Below, in pieces: positions 51,582 through 64,000 of a DNA stretch of 64,000 nucleotides. Made by a program: the position numbers and the translations under genes. The notes beneath the pieces were generated by a model. It searched no databases, was not told where the DNA came from, and saw nothing but the letters and a program-made list of their open reading frames with translations. Every line of letters begins with the position of its first letter. The stretch's first letter is position 1. The DNA comes from an uncultured Methanosarcinaceae archaeon (lineage in GTDB: Archaea > Halobacteriota > Methanosarcinia > Methanosarcinales > Methanosarcinaceae): positions 64,001 to 128,000 of the forward strand of contig CAWJYV010000004.1 in the NCBI GenBank assembly GCA_963847185.1. Direction: 5' to 3'.

Positions 51582-52502
51582 TTAAACCTCTTTATCTTCC
51601 CTCTGGCGAGAATTGCGAGCTTGGGACAATGCTTCAAAGCCGGAAATGACTTCAAACAGTTCTTCATCGATCCCACTCTGACGCAAACGATAATATGTTC
51701 CATTAAGCTCCTCCAGCAGTTCATCTATATTTTTATCTGCACGCTGCATTGCCGCCAGGCGGCTTGCGTTTTCGCTGGCAAGGGAATCGGCACAGGCCCG
51801 GAAAATTGAAACAAAAAGATATTCGCGAATGAGTGCCCGTAAAGTCACTGTACTGTCGCCCATTATGTCTGGCAGGAGATTCCTGGTAGGCCAGGGAAGT
51901 CTTGCCAGTTCACTTATCCAGACTTCATCAAGGGGAAGCAATCTCTGACTTACGGGTTCGTACATAGTCTTCGATTTGGGCTGGTTGTAAAAGAGATAAA
52001 GTTCAGCGGATTCGTCCTGGCTTTGAAGTTTTTCACTCTCTACCAGAATCTGCCCTACAAGCGGGGTAATGGCCTTGACGGAATTGGGTACCGTGAAAAG
52101 TCTATTCAGTGACAGATCAGTATCTTCCAGGCGAACATGAACGCGCTCACCAACAGCCCAGACCTGAGCTTTGCCAGGGAGAGTTGCAAGTTTCCTGGCC
52201 GCATAATCAGCAATGATGTCATTAAACTGTCCCACAAGTCCCTGATCAGAGCCAAATATAACCGCACCAATCACACCAGCTCCCTTCTTTCCTTTTTGCT
52301 TTCCCACAGTTATTTTCGCTTCTTCACGAAAACAGACCCCTAATCCCAGCTCCACGGTGCGATAATAATCAGCTAACGCACTAACCGCCTTCTCATACTG
52401 TCCGATACTTGAGGCTGCCAGAGCTTTCATAGTACGAACTACGGACTGAAGATCTTCCGCACTGCCGATCTTCTGGCGCAGACTCACAATATTATCGGCC
52501 AT
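51582..52502 (-). CDS. atpG: N-type F1Fo ATPase gamma subunit
   Basis: SVVRTMKALAA, GSDQGLVGQFN, SENASRLAAMQRA.KN, RQSGIDEEL. Confidence 0.95.
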   Translation of the reverse strand: MADNIVSLRQKIGSAEDLQSVVRTMKALAASSIGQYEKAVSALADYYRTVELGLGVCFREEAKITVGKQKGKKGAGVIGAVIFGSDQGLVGQFNDIIADYAARKLATLPGKAQVWAVGERVHVRLEDTDLSLNRLFTVPNSVKAITPLVGQILVESEKLQSQDESAELYLFYNQPKSKTMYEPVSQRLLPLDEVWISELARLPWPTRNLLPDIMGDSTVTLRALIREYLFVSIFRACADSLASENASRLAAMQRADKNIDELLEELNGTYYRLRQSGIDEELFEVISGFEALSQARNSRQREDKEV

Positions 52503-52624
52503 TAATCCTCCTGATTTCCAGACCTGGATTTGATTTCAGCATTAGTTTCTTGCTGGGACTCCGATTGGATTTCAGTTTTAGCTTCTTGCTGAGATTCGGA
52601 TTTGGTTTTAATTTTAGTTTTAGT

Positions 52625-54226
52625 TTATTTCTGAGCTTCGAGTTTGAATTTAGCATTAGTTTCTTGTTTAGACTCTTGTTCAGACCCGGATTCGGACGTT
52701 TGCTGGAAAGGTTTGAGAGCTTTGAAAGCTATCTGAAGAATTTTTTTACGATCTTCGTTGCTTAACTTTTCGTCTTCATAAATTCTATCACGTATCTCTT
52801 CAGGAATTTCTTCTGCCGCTTTGCGCAGAGTTTGCTCAGCATCCTTCATCCGGTCAAGGGGTACGCTGTCAAAGAGTCGCTCAGTCAACGCAAGCAGTAC
52901 GATGATTTGTTCAGGTACTGAAACAGGGTCGAACTCTGATTGCTTGAGAAAGGCACGGATCCTTCTCCCATGCTCTATAGTCTTACGGGTGCTCTCGTCC
53001 AGCCTGGCACCGAATCTGGAAAAAGTTTCGAGTTCTTCGAACTGCGAGTAAGCAAGCTTTATATCTCCTGCAACTGCTCGATAAGCTGCCAGTTGAGCTT
53101 TGCCGCCTACTCGTGAAACGGACTTACCGACGTCGACTGCAGGCAGTATGCCAAGTTCGAAAAGTGACGGTGAGAGATAGATCTGCCCGTCTGTAATAGA
53201 AATTAAATTGGTTGGAATATAAGCAGAAATATTCTGTGCTTCTGTTTCGATGATAGGAAGAGCAGTAAGTGAGCCGCCCCCAAGTTCCTTACGCAGATGC
53301 GTGGCACGTTCCAGTAGCCTTGAGTGAATATAGAAAATGTCACCAGGATACGCTTCACGGCCCGGAGGTCGGCGCAGCAGCAGGGAAAGTTCGCGATAAG
53401 CACGGGCATGATTTGTAAGGTCATCGTAAACTATCAGTACATCCCGACCCCCCTCCATAAAATACTCTGCAATACTGGTTGCTGCGTAAGGAGCTATATA
53501 AGCGAGACCTGAGGGATCACTGCCCTCGGTCACAACGACAACAGTATAATCCATAGCTCCTTTTTCACGCAAAGTTGCCACTGCTCTGGCAACAGCGGAT
53601 GTACGCTGACCTATGGCACAATAAACGCACAGCACATTGTAATTACGCTGGTTGATGATGGTACTGATTGCAATTGCAGTCTTTCCGGTCTGTCTGTCCC
53701 CCAGAATCAATTCACGCTGGCCTCGCCCTATAGGGATTAAGGCGTCAATAACTTTTATGCCGGTCTGGAGAGGGACCGTAACAGGAAATCGGTCCATTAT
53801 AGGTGCACTGGGCCGCTCAATAGGCAGCCGATTGCTTGAAATTACAGGTCCCTTTCCATCAAGAGGCCGGCCAAGAGGATCAATAACGCGCCCTATCAAT
53901 CCTTCACCTACAGCCACATCCATAACCCTGCCAGTTCGCTCAACTTCATCACCTGCATGCAGGTGCCAGTGTTCACCGAGCAGAACGACACCCACTTCAT
54001 CCTCGTCAACGTTAAATGCAATTCCAAATAATTCCCCGGGAAACTTAACGAGTTCGTCGAATTCCACCCCAGGAAGGCCGGAGATATTCGCAATGTCGGT
54101 AGATACGGTTTTAATCGTACCTATCTCACGTGGGGTTAGCTGAGGAGTGAATGCCTCTCTGACCTGGTTCATTATGGAGAATGTGCTGTCAAAAACACTC
54201 TGCAGATCTTCAGGCTCCATGTTCAT
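52625..54226 (-). CDS. atpA: N-type F1Fo ATPase alpha subunit
   Basis: [50 protein letters not shown]. Confidence 0.97.
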   Translation of the reverse strand: MNMEPEDLQSVFDSTFSIMNQVREAFTPQLTPREIGTIKTVSTDIANISGLPGVEFDELVKFPGELFGIAFNVDEDEVGVVLLGEHWHLHAGDEVERTGRVMDVAVGEGLIGRVIDPLGRPLDGKGPVISSNRLPIERPSAPIMDRFPVTVPLQTGIKVIDALIPIGRGQRELILGDRQTGKTAIAISTIINQRNYNVLCVYCAIGQRTSAVARAVATLREKGAMDYTVVVVTEGSDPSGLAYIAPYAATSIAEYFMEGGRDVLIVYDDLTNHARAYRELSLLLRRPPGREAYPGDIFYIHSRLLERATHLRKELGGGSLTALPIIETEAQNISAYIPTNLISITDGQIYLSPSLFELGILPAVDVGKSVSRVGGKAQLAAYRAVAGDIKLAYSQFEELETFSRFGARLDESTRKTIEHGRRIRAFLKQSEFDPVSVPEQIIVLLALTERLFDSVPLDRMKDAEQTLRKAAEEIPEEIRDRIYEDEKLSNEDRKKILQIAFKALKPFQQTSESGSEQESKQETNAKFKLEAQK

Positions 54227-55205
54227 CGGCTCTTTGTCTGGAATTTGGATTGGGCTTAATCTCCTGTTCAGGTCCGGGTTTAGGCTTAGAATCTTCAGGT
54301 TCAGGCTGATCAGGTTTTAGTTTAGATTCCTTAAGTTTAGATTGATCAGGCTTAGGCTTAGAATCTTCAGATTCAGGTTGATCAGGTTTTGATTTGGACT
54401 TTTCAGGCTCAGGTTCAGACTCAGACCTGGTTTTGATTTCGGATTTGGACTTCTCTTTTAGAAGTTCGTCAATGCTTCTTTCAAGCGAAGATAGATAGTC
54501 TGCAATACTCCATGCTATCTTTTGTCCATCTGCGGTCAACTCAATGCCACTGACCAGTTCCGGATCTGTCTTGAAATCGGCTTGAGTTTCCATACCAAGA
54601 GTTTCCTTAATTGTCTCTTTAATCAGGTCACGCTGTTTCTGGGAAAGGGCAAATGCGGTGCGGATTAATACATGCCTGGGTGATATCTTAAATGCTGAGA
54701 CCAGTTGCTCCTTTTCCTCACCTTTTAGTTCATGCAACCTTTGAACAAACACATCAACCATGCGATCTTCCAAATTTGTTCCAGCCAGATCTTTCAGTAC
54801 TTTTCGCGTTATAGCTAAGACTTCCTGCTCAGTCCGACGGCTAATTTCCCGATTTAAGTTCTGGATTTCATTTCTCAATGCCTCTTGATGTTTTGAACTC
54901 AAATCTGAGGCCTCTTTCCGCACTTCTTCAAGAAGCCTATGGCGTTCGGCTTTCACCTCATCCTTTGCCTTGCTCAGGAGCGCAGCACGCTGCTGGTCAA
55001 ACTCTTCGTTCTTATGCTTGAATTCTTCTTTCTCTTTTTTCGCTTCTGCCTCTTTCGAAGCGGCATTTGCAAGCTCAGCTACGACCTTATTTTCACGGGC
55101 GTCGATGGCATTGAGAATGGGTTTGTAAAGGAAGCGCTTTAACAGCCATACCAGAATGAGGAAGTTAAGCACCTGCGCAATAACAGTGAACCAATCGATC
55201 AGCAT
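54210..55205 (-). CDS. atpF: N-type ATPase b subunit (b/delta-like fusion) with repetitive C-terminal tail
   Basis: [30 protein letters not shown]; delta-like [10 protein letters not shown]; SKPKPDQPE repeats. Confidence 0.92.
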   Translation of the reverse strand: MLIDWFTVIAQVLNFLILVWLLKRFLYKPILNAIDARENKVVAELANAASKEAEAKKEKEEFKHKNEEFDQQRAALLSKAKDEVKAERHRLLEEVRKEASDLSSKHQEALRNEIQNLNREISRRTEQEVLAITRKVLKDLAGTNLEDRMVDVFVQRLHELKGEEKEQLVSAFKISPRHVLIRTAFALSQKQRDLIKETIKETLGMETQADFKTDPELVSGIELTADGQKIAWSIADYLSSLERSIDELLKEKSKSEIKTRSESEPEPEKSKSKPDQPESEDSKPKPDQSKLKESKLKPDQPEPEDSKPKPGPEQEIKPNPNSRQRADEHGA

Positions 55206-55222
55206 AGGTTTCGTCCCTTGGT

Positions 55223-55492
55223 TTAGGAAATTGCCTGGTTCCAGAACGGATTGGCGAATATCAGGATCATAGAAACCACAAAACAATAGATGGCCAGAGA
55301 CTCAATCATAGCCAGTCCCACGAATAAAGTTCTGGTAATAGTTGCGGAAGCGTCGGGTTGCTGTGCCAGTGAACTCAATGCCGTTGCTACCGAACGCCCT
55401 TCACCAATTGCGGGTGCGATAACTCCAATGGCGATCGTAATTCCTGAGGTGGCGATTGATGCCACCGCAATTGTAGTCGAAAAAGTATCCAT
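55223..55492 (-). CDS. atpE: N-type ATPase c subunit
   Basis: PAIGEG, QQPD, TLFVGLAMIESLAIY, FANPF. Confidence 0.95.
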   Translation of the reverse strand: MDTFSTTIAVASIATSGITIAIGVIAPAIGEGRSVATALSSLAQQPDASATITRTLFVGLAMIESLAIYCFVVSMILIFANPFWNQAIS

Positions 55493-55521
55493 AGTTCCCC
55501 CTTCAGTTATCTATTCAATTC

Positions 55522-56211
55522 TTATTCTCCGGTTTCAGGCTTTGGTTTGTGGGTGCGCGTAGCAGCAGCAATGTAAACCGTAGCCAGGATGCTGAAGATG
55601 TAGGCCTGTACCATGCCGGTAAGCAGACCAAGAGCAGTCATAATTACTGGAAAGATAAAGGGCATTACTGTCAGTAGAATGGCAACTATCATGGACCCGC
55701 TCATAATATTGCCAAAAAGACGGATTGCCAGAGCTAGCGTGCGGGAAATTTCGCTGATTATATTAAACGGCAGCATGATGATGGTTGGCTCTGTGTATGA
55801 CTTGAGGTAACTGCCAATCCCTTGCTTTTCTGTACCGAAAATAGGTACAGCTGCAAAAACACATAGCGCGAGAGCAGCCGTGGTTGAGAGAGAACCTGTT
55901 GGAGGTTCATAGCCCGGAATGATAATGCAGAGATTGGCTATGGCAATAAACAGAAAGAGTGTACCCAGGAATCCCAGGTACTTTTTTGGTTGATCCAGGC
56001 CAACATCTTCAATTTGTTTCAAGATAGTTGTAACAACAATTTCCAGAATATTCTGCCAGCGAGAACGACTCAAACCTGTGGAAAGTTTACCTGTGATAAC
56101 CTTTGAGCCGACTACCATTACCAGCATTAATCCCCAGGTATACACAATCGTGGCATTAAGTTTGATAAAACCGTACTGCCAGAAAATCAGCTCATCAGGA
56201 CTAAGATGCAT
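55522..56211 (-). CDS. atpB: N-type ATPase a subunit
   Basis: PPTGSLST, SRTLALAIRLFGNIMSG, VQAYIFSILA. Confidence 0.95.
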   Translation of the reverse strand: MHLSPDELIFWQYGFIKLNATIVYTWGLMLVMVVGSKVITGKLSTGLSRSRWQNILEIVVTTILKQIEDVGLDQPKKYLGFLGTLFLFIAIANLCIIIPGYEPPTGSLSTTAALALCVFAAVPIFGTEKQGIGSYLKSYTEPTIIMLPFNIISEISRTLALAIRLFGNIMSGSMIVAILLTVMPFIFPVIMTALGLLTGMVQAYIFSILATVYIAAATRTHKPKPETGE

Positions 56212-56515
56212 TACTTGCCTCCTTTGTCAACTGGTTTGATTCTTCCTCCGGTAATCTGGTAAGTCTAATCACTACCTGGCGCATAATAAAAAAACCAAAA
56301 ATGCATATAAGAAGCCTCTCCAAATGCCCTCCCGAGACAAAGTAAAATCCAGCTACAGCAGTACTGGTCCGCAGCAGCAGACTGCCAAGGAACCAGAGTG
56401 CAGGTCTTCTGGATGAAAGTCCCCTCTGAACCGTCCACCAGAGGCCGCCAAAAAAAACAGCTCCAAGCAAAAAGCCCACTAACAGGGCAGAAATAAGACT
56501 TAAAGCTTCATTCAT
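56201..56515 (-). CDS. atpR: N-ATPase AtpR subunit
   Basis: FFGGLWWTV, SLLLR; position between atpQ and atpB. Confidence 0.85.
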   Translation of the reverse strand: MNEALSLISALLVGFLLGAVFFGGLWWTVQRGLSSRRPALWFLGSLLLRTSTAVAGFYFVSGGHLERLLICIFGFFIMRQVVIRLTRLPEEESNQLTKEASNAS

Positions 56516-56838
56516 TGCTATCCTCCTGGTTCTTTTGAATTTCCTTATGCTCCTTATTCACCCAGTGCCATGCATTCAAGCAGCCGATAAACAGACCAAT
56601 TATCAGCATAGTGAGCGTCCATGAATAGCTTACTGGATAATGCTCGTCTAGCCAGAGACCAAGGGCTGCACCAAGTAGAGTTGGAACTGCTACCGACCAG
56701 CCAATAAGCCCCATCATACCCAGGCCAAGCCAGACTGTCCGATTAACATTGCGTTGAGCTCTGAGTTTACGTTCAGCCTTAGTCCCAACCTGACGGGCTA
56801 AGGTCGGTTCGTCCTCTGATTTTGTATATGTCTGTCTA

Positions 56839-56846
<8 letters not shown>
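56508..56846 (-). CDS. atpQ: N-ATPase AtpQ (AtpZ/AtpI-like) protein
   Basis: GLGMMGLIGWSVAVPTLLG..LG.WLD, GCLNAWHWV. Confidence 0.85.
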
Positions 56847-58760
<1,914 letters not shown>

Positions 58761-59294
58761 TCATGTGTTCAGTCCGGTACCTGGAAAAAACACTGATCTG
58801 CAACGTAAAAGAGAAAACAGGTAGTTTGACTTTCGAATAATACTGGGATTCCTGAAATTATCGATTTCAAGAGATATCATTGGCAAATAAATTTTTCAAT
58901 ATAGTAAAAACCGTTTTTAGTAAAAGCCACCCATTAATTTCCACCCATTAATTTGCTTTCTCTTTCCCCGTGAAGAAATGTATCATTAAAGTATATTAAT
59001 CTGATTTTATAATTATTTTTTCTCAATAAGGCAAAGAACAGAAATCTTGAACAGAGGACAGAAAGCAAAGATTTTATGCCAGCAATTGTGTAGAAGGTTT
59101 CTTCAAATAGACAAATAAACCTCAAAATAAACGATATCTGAAAAAAAAGGCTAGAAATCCTGCAAGTGTCTTTTATCTACCCTGGAATCAAAACTTTTTC
59201 ATCATGGAGATATGCTCTATACCAGCTTCAAAGAAAAATTCGCCGAAGGATATCCTGAATTTGGTTACCGAGAGTTTCAATCCTTGTTTTAGTG

Positions 59295-59681
59295 GATCAT
59301 GCTCGCGAATATCCAGGATAGAGATGGAGTCAAACTTGTTATGGAACATGTTAAAAAGACATTTTCTCGATTACAGCTTATATGGGCTGATGCAGGTTTT
59401 TCTGGTCAACTGATTGATTGGGCAAGTTCAGTTTGTGGTTGGGTACTCGAAATAGTTAAGCGCAGAGAAGTTTCAAAGATTTTCAAGTACTTCCTCACCG
59501 ATGGATAGTAGGGCGTACATTTTGATGGTTGGGTTAGATATCGACGTTTAAGTAAAGATTACGGGGGATTGACAGAATCAAGTCAACCATTAATATACGC
59601 TGCGATGATGCATTTAATGGTTAAAAGACCAGGTCAAATAAAAAAATTAAGACAATGGTAACAGAATATTAAGACACGCTC
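59295..59681 (+). mobile_element. IS5-family transposase 3' remnant with right end
   Basis: ANIQDRDG, IWADAGF.G, VLPHRWIV.RTF*WL.RYRRLSKDY; end TTAAGACACGCTC-TTA. Confidence 0.88.
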
Positions 59682-60182
59682 TTAGAAATAGATAATAAGA
59701 AAGATTGGGCGGATTAATCATCATGTTTAAAACAACAAACATATCCTCAATTGTTAAAAGTGTAGAGATTTTATGCTTGCGGGTTGCAATAATTGACTTT
59801 CCAAAAAACTACAGATCTTTAGTTATTCTCCGGCGCCAAAAGATGTTCCTAATAAATATAAAAAAGGTATAGGACTCACGCAGTTGAACTGAATAACCAA
59901 CAACTTATCGTTTTCTTGACTTCGATATACTCGACTGCGTGCTGGCTGCACTATCCAAGTCAGGAAAAATAGTTGTCTCAAGTCAATCAAGTTATTCCGA
60001 TTATTTATATCCATATAAATATTTAAATAAAAGATATACTAATGGTCTATTATCAATTCTGGGTACTCTGTAAGGGATGTACATTTATCTAGATTCAACA
60101 GCTAAACGGAAAAAGTACTAATCCCCCTGCAGAGTACACAGAACCCTGTACGTCACTCAGATAAAGATTACATACCAGAGGA

Positions 60183-60659
60183 ATGTTTTTGGCATTGGCA
60201 AAGTCCCCATGGATTATACATGTGAATTGCAACAGTTGTAATGGCTGTGATATTGAAGTAATAGCTTGTCTTACTCCTTTATATGATGCAGAAAGATTTG
60301 GTGTTTTAAACGTCGGTACTCCCAAGCAAGCCGATATAATGGTGGTTACAGGCGCGGTAAATTACAAAAATGTGAATGTACTTAAGAACATCTATAACCA
60401 GATTCCAGATCCTAAAGTTGTGTTAGCAGTAGGGGCCTGCGCATCAACCGGTGGGATTTTCCACGGTTGTTATAATGTAATTGGTGGAGTGGATCAGGTC
60501 ATACCCGTGGACGTATGTGTTCCAGGATGCTGTCCGAGGCCTGAAGCTATAATTGATGGCATAGTAGAAGCAGCCTCGGTACTTGAAAATAAGAAGAAAG
60601 AGAATATAAAAGGGAAAGAAATACCATTTAAAGGAAAGGAGGTGCCATCCAATATTTGA
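60183..60659 (+). CDS. echC: Ech hydrogenase small subunit EchC, stand-alone copy
   Basis: AKSPWIIHVNCNSCNGCDIE, DAERFG, VGACASTGG, VPGCCPRPEAI. Confidence 0.9.
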   Translation: MFLALAKSPWIIHVNCNSCNGCDIEVIACLTPLYDAERFGVLNVGTPKQADIMVVTGAVNYKNVNVLKNIYNQIPDPKVVLAVGACASTGGIFHGCYNVIGGVDQVIPVDVCVPGCCPRPEAIIDGIVEAASVLENKKKENIKGKEIPFKGKEVPSNI

Positions 60660-60730
60660 GTAAACAGGAAAAAATAGATGTAGACATTATTGCGGCGCCA
60701 TTCTAGGTATCACAATCATCTTATTGCCAA

Positions 60731-61300
60731 CTAAAATATAACGTCTTTTGGGTCAAAATGTTCTGGGTCAAAATCTTCCCCTAGCCATTCTACGGTATCT
60801 TCATACTCCTCATGTTCAGGATCTTTCAGGATTTCCAAGAGATCCCCATAGCCTCCAACTCCTCCACTGTCCTCAGGAACAGATGCTCGTTTTCCAGCAA
60901 TACAGACTGGATATTCCAATCCAGCTTGTTTTGGAAGGATCTTTTCAAACTGAATTTTTACTTGCCAGTTATCCCCAAAATCATATGTGTATAGAGCAAC
61001 CTTATTTTCCAGGGTAAAATAATCAGAGATTTTAGCTTTCTTCTCTGGTACAAGCGCTCCTTCACCAAAATCTTCGTAATCGTCACTTTCCGTCCCTATT
61101 CTTTCAAAATTCTCAGTCTTTGGGTTTAGCATTTCAAACTCATGCAGATGATAATCTTCCCAATTCATTGCAGCCTGAATAGCATGATTAAGGTCTAGGA
61201 AGGTATAATTTTCTGGTACTTGGATTCTCCTCCATATTTGAGGGGTAATGTCCTTCATGGCAAGCTTGAACTGATAAACGTTCTCGAAATTTATTTTCAT
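60731..61300 (-). CDS. Plasmid pRiA4b ORF-3 family protein
   Basis: IWRRIQVP, AMNWEDYHLHEF, YTYDFGDNW, PEDSGGVGGY. Confidence 0.9.
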   Translation of the reverse strand: MKINFENVYQFKLAMKDITPQIWRRIQVPENYTFLDLNHAIQAAMNWEDYHLHEFEMLNPKTENFERIGTESDDYEDFGEGALVPEKKAKISDYFTLENKVALYTYDFGDNWQVKIQFEKILPKQAGLEYPVCIAGKRASVPEDSGGVGGYGDLLEILKDPEHEEYEDTVEWLGEDFDPEHFDPKDVIF

Positions 61301-61384
61301 CAATACTTCACCTAAGCACATATATTTTGATACCTTATTTTAGATTTTGGAGTATTTTATGTAAGAATTGTCAACGCCGATTTA

Positions 61385-61515
61385 GAGCCTATCCGAAAAG
61401 TCAGTAATGCATGTTGAAAAGTTACAATAAGTCTATAATTTCAGAGTCTCCGTTCCGGTTTTGCATATTTCAGACTGTAAAAGTTATAGCAAGTAACCAC
61501 TCTTCGGATAGGCTC
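61385..61515. mobile_element. MITE, family B (131 bp)
   Basis: Perfect TIR GAGCCTATCCGAA/TTCGGATAGGCTC with TTA on both flanks. Confidence 0.85.
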
Positions 61516-61817
61516 TTAATTACGTTGTGCAGGAAAATCCAGATATTGAATATGATAAGGAAGATAAGCCAGCTGCCAGGAATGAAGAGCAAGGCCAATA
61601 AATAGAGAAGATATGTAAATACTGTAATCAGCCTTTCTTAACTGACAGTCCTAAGAGAGAATACTGTTCTAGGAAATGCAATGATGTTCTTTTCAGGAGA
61701 AACAAGAAAGAAAGAGAATCCATTTTTGAGAAAATATTTAAAATGAAGAGATTTTGCAGGAAGCCACTCTCAAAGCTCCCTGCGAATCTGGGAATCAAGG
61801 TTTATCTTGCAATCTAA
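61516..61817 (+). pseudogene. Fragment with CxxC...CxxxC zinc-ribbon, in-frame TAA, cut by the MITE
   Basis: ...NEEQGQ*IEKICKYCNQPFLTDSPKREYCSRKCND. Confidence 0.45.
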
Positions 61818-61862
61818 CTACATCCTTCTTTTCTATAAAACTTAAAGAACAAATCCTCCTGA

Positions 61863-62993
61863 TGAATATTTCAGAGTGAATAATTTAACAAACTCATTGA
61901 GTCAGAAGGCGATTAGGGCACCTGGAGAAAAAAAGCCGCAGTATCAATTTTTGTGATCATTCGCAGAAAAAAGAGAATTAGTAAATGTTATCGTGATGGT
62001 CGTAATCCTCGAGGGTTACAGTCTTTTCTTCCTTATCAATAGGAAAAACTAAAAAAAATCCTTATTTGTTTTATTTTAGCAATTTTACTAATAGCAGTTT
62101 GTCATATTTGTTATGAAACCTATTATTTCCCAAAACCATCTCAAGATAAATTTACTGTTTTGATTTCTCCATTTAAGTTAGATAACTCCGACGTAGATTC
62201 TGACACTGCCAATGAAATAAAGAAAAAAATTGAAAACACCACAAATGGCAGTTACAAGCTAAAGTTTTAGATTCGTCTCCGACAACTAATGAGGACGAGG
62301 CTATTAGTAAGGGAAAAAAGATGATGCGCATATCGTTATATTCGGCGAACAGAGACGAAAAATGGATGTTGTTGATGAAACTGAGTTTCATGTAATTCCA
62401 GTTCAAACAAATCTTGACTCGCTGCCACCACAATCGATGATTTCAGATGTAACTGATAACTCAACGTTTAAAGCAAAATTTTGTCCTTACAGTGAGAAGA
62501 ATCCTATCTCAATCGTCGAATCTTTAACCGAAAACGTGTCTTCAACTTTATTTGCAGTTTATGCACTTGAAAACTATGAAAAATCTAATTTTGATTCTGC
62601 AATTGGCCTGTTTGAATCCATTGAAGATTTTGAAAGTAAAGACTCGGATTGTTCTATATAGGAAACTGTTATTATTCTAAGGGGGAGTTTAACAAGAGCT
62701 TGCAGTATTACAATAAATCAATTGAACTTGACTCTAACAGTTCAGATGCTTGGAATAACAAAGGAGAAGCTTTTGAGAATTTGGAGAATCACAAGGAAGC
62801 AATAAAGGCATATGATAAAGCGCTAGATATTGACCCTAACTATTCTGATGCTTGGTATAACAAAGGACTTACTCTTTATATTATGGGGAAGTACGAGGGA
62901 GCAATAAAGGCCTATGATAAAGTGCTTGAACTTAACCCTAAAGACTCAAAAGCATTGAGTTCCAAACAATTAGCTCTCAGTCAGTTGGATTGA
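61863..62993 (+). pseudogene. Frameshifted membrane-anchored TPR protein
   Basis: TM segment near 62055-62105, frame breaks, C-terminal AWNNKG/AWYNKG TPR repeats in 62649-62993. Confidence 0.75.
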
Positions 62994-63122
62994 TGAATAG
63001 GATTCGAACCTTAATTGAAGAAAAAAATGCTTTTATGACTGCGATCGACAGGTTTAGCCTACTAGTGTGTAAGTCCCATATAGTATAATCATTTGGAAAC
63101 ATCAGTATATGGAGATGGAAGC

Positions 63123-63725
63123 ATGTTGGAAAGCAGAATTATAGCCGCACGGTCTGATGACAATTCTATAGAAAAGATTTGCTTTGAAGGCGATATGCTT
63201 TCGGACGTCGAGATCTCAAAGATAGAATTTGAATCGGTACAGTTTATAGAATGCCAGTTTAGCAAATGTAAATTTTCAAAAATCAGCTTTTACAATTCGG
63301 TGTTTGATAACTGTAATTTTGCGAATTGCAGTTTTATGGAAAGCTACTGGAAAGGCTCCAAACTGTTACAGTGCAAGGGTGATGGCAGCAACTTCAGCCA
63401 GAGCCACATGAAAGAAACATCTTTAGCAGGTAATTCCTTTCGATATGCAGATTTTTCAAGTTCTGTATTGGAGAACTGCACCATTTGTGACTGCAATTTC
63501 GCAGAAGCCTTATTATCCGAGATTCAGTTAAAGAAACCCATGCTGAAAGCGGTTAATTTCACAGGAGCGGATTTCTTTAAAGCCTTACTCAAAGACATTA
63601 ATTTATCGGATTGTATCATTGATGGGATCACAGTATCCGATACATGTAAAGAACTTAGAGGGGCTATAATCAATGCCGATCAAGCAGTAGAACTTGCGCG
63701 GATTCTGGGAATCAAAATTGTATGA
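63123..63725 (+). CDS. Pentapeptide-repeat protein
   Basis: Repeated (x)FxxC/ADFS/VNFTGADF units; GGAG RBS before ATG 63123. Confidence 0.9.
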   Translation: MLESRIIAARSDDNSIEKICFEGDMLSDVEISKIEFESVQFIECQFSKCKFSKISFYNSVFDNCNFANCSFMESYWKGSKLLQCKGDGSNFSQSHMKETSLAGNSFRYADFSSSVLENCTICDCNFAEALLSEIQLKKPMLKAVNFTGADFFKALLKDINLSDCIIDGITVSDTCKELRGAIINADQAVELARILGIKIV

Positions 63726-64000
63726 GGCATTGATAATCTCTTTCAACAATTGCTATTTCAAAACTCTCCAGTGCTGCCCCATATTATGCTGGTTTTGATT
63801 TCCTGCTTAAATGCTTGGCAAGCATATTGTTCTGGGTATTCTCGTAATATCCTTCGTCACAACACTGCTCAGCTTGTTTCAATCCTTGTTTTAGTGGATC
63901 GTGCTCGTGAATTAATGCAAGAAATGAAAATATAAACTGTTTAGTCGGTTTCAATTCTGCTGCTTTTTCCCCTGCAAGAAGAAATTAAGAGAAAAAAATC

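Noticed and set aside
58934-59294. Possible decayed gene or IS fragment upstream of the IS5 remnant
   Set aside because: Protein-like stretch (GDMLYTSFKEKFAEGYPEFGYREF) but no family could be recognised.

Overview
Archaeal chromosome segment that looks like Methanosarcina (ileS, mptE, purP, echC, YVTN/PKD surface proteins, TATA-box promoters, GGAGG/GGTGA ribosome-binding sites); the genus assignment is inferred from gene content and sequence similarity recalled by eye. Recognisable blocks: two surface-protein genes sharing a thrice-repeated ~180-aa domain; an AT-rich aminosugar/lipid-carrier glycosylation cassette; an XRE-cupin/thioesterase/acyl-CoA synthetase unit; redox genes; a fused oxoprolinase; nested IS630/IS21 debris; a complete bacterial-type N-ATPase operon; many MITE-like elements and pseudogenes (ccm, nitrogenase-like, TPR). 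The least explained signals are: (1) a cluster of three paralogous, leaderless Gly/Cys/Trp/Arg-rich mini-peptide genes at 42.6-44.6 kb, two of them too short for the ORF track, with duplicated promoters, hairpins and a conserved 6-codon ORF; (2) four genes whose conserved N-termini begin at near-cognate codons (ACG, ATA, GTC, ATT) behind good ribosome-binding sites; (3) a triple-promoter array of tiny ORFs at 2.1-3.7 kb; (4) several structured or dispersed non-coding elements. No rRNA, tRNA or CRISPR array was recognised. All family assignments are by motif recognition, not database search.
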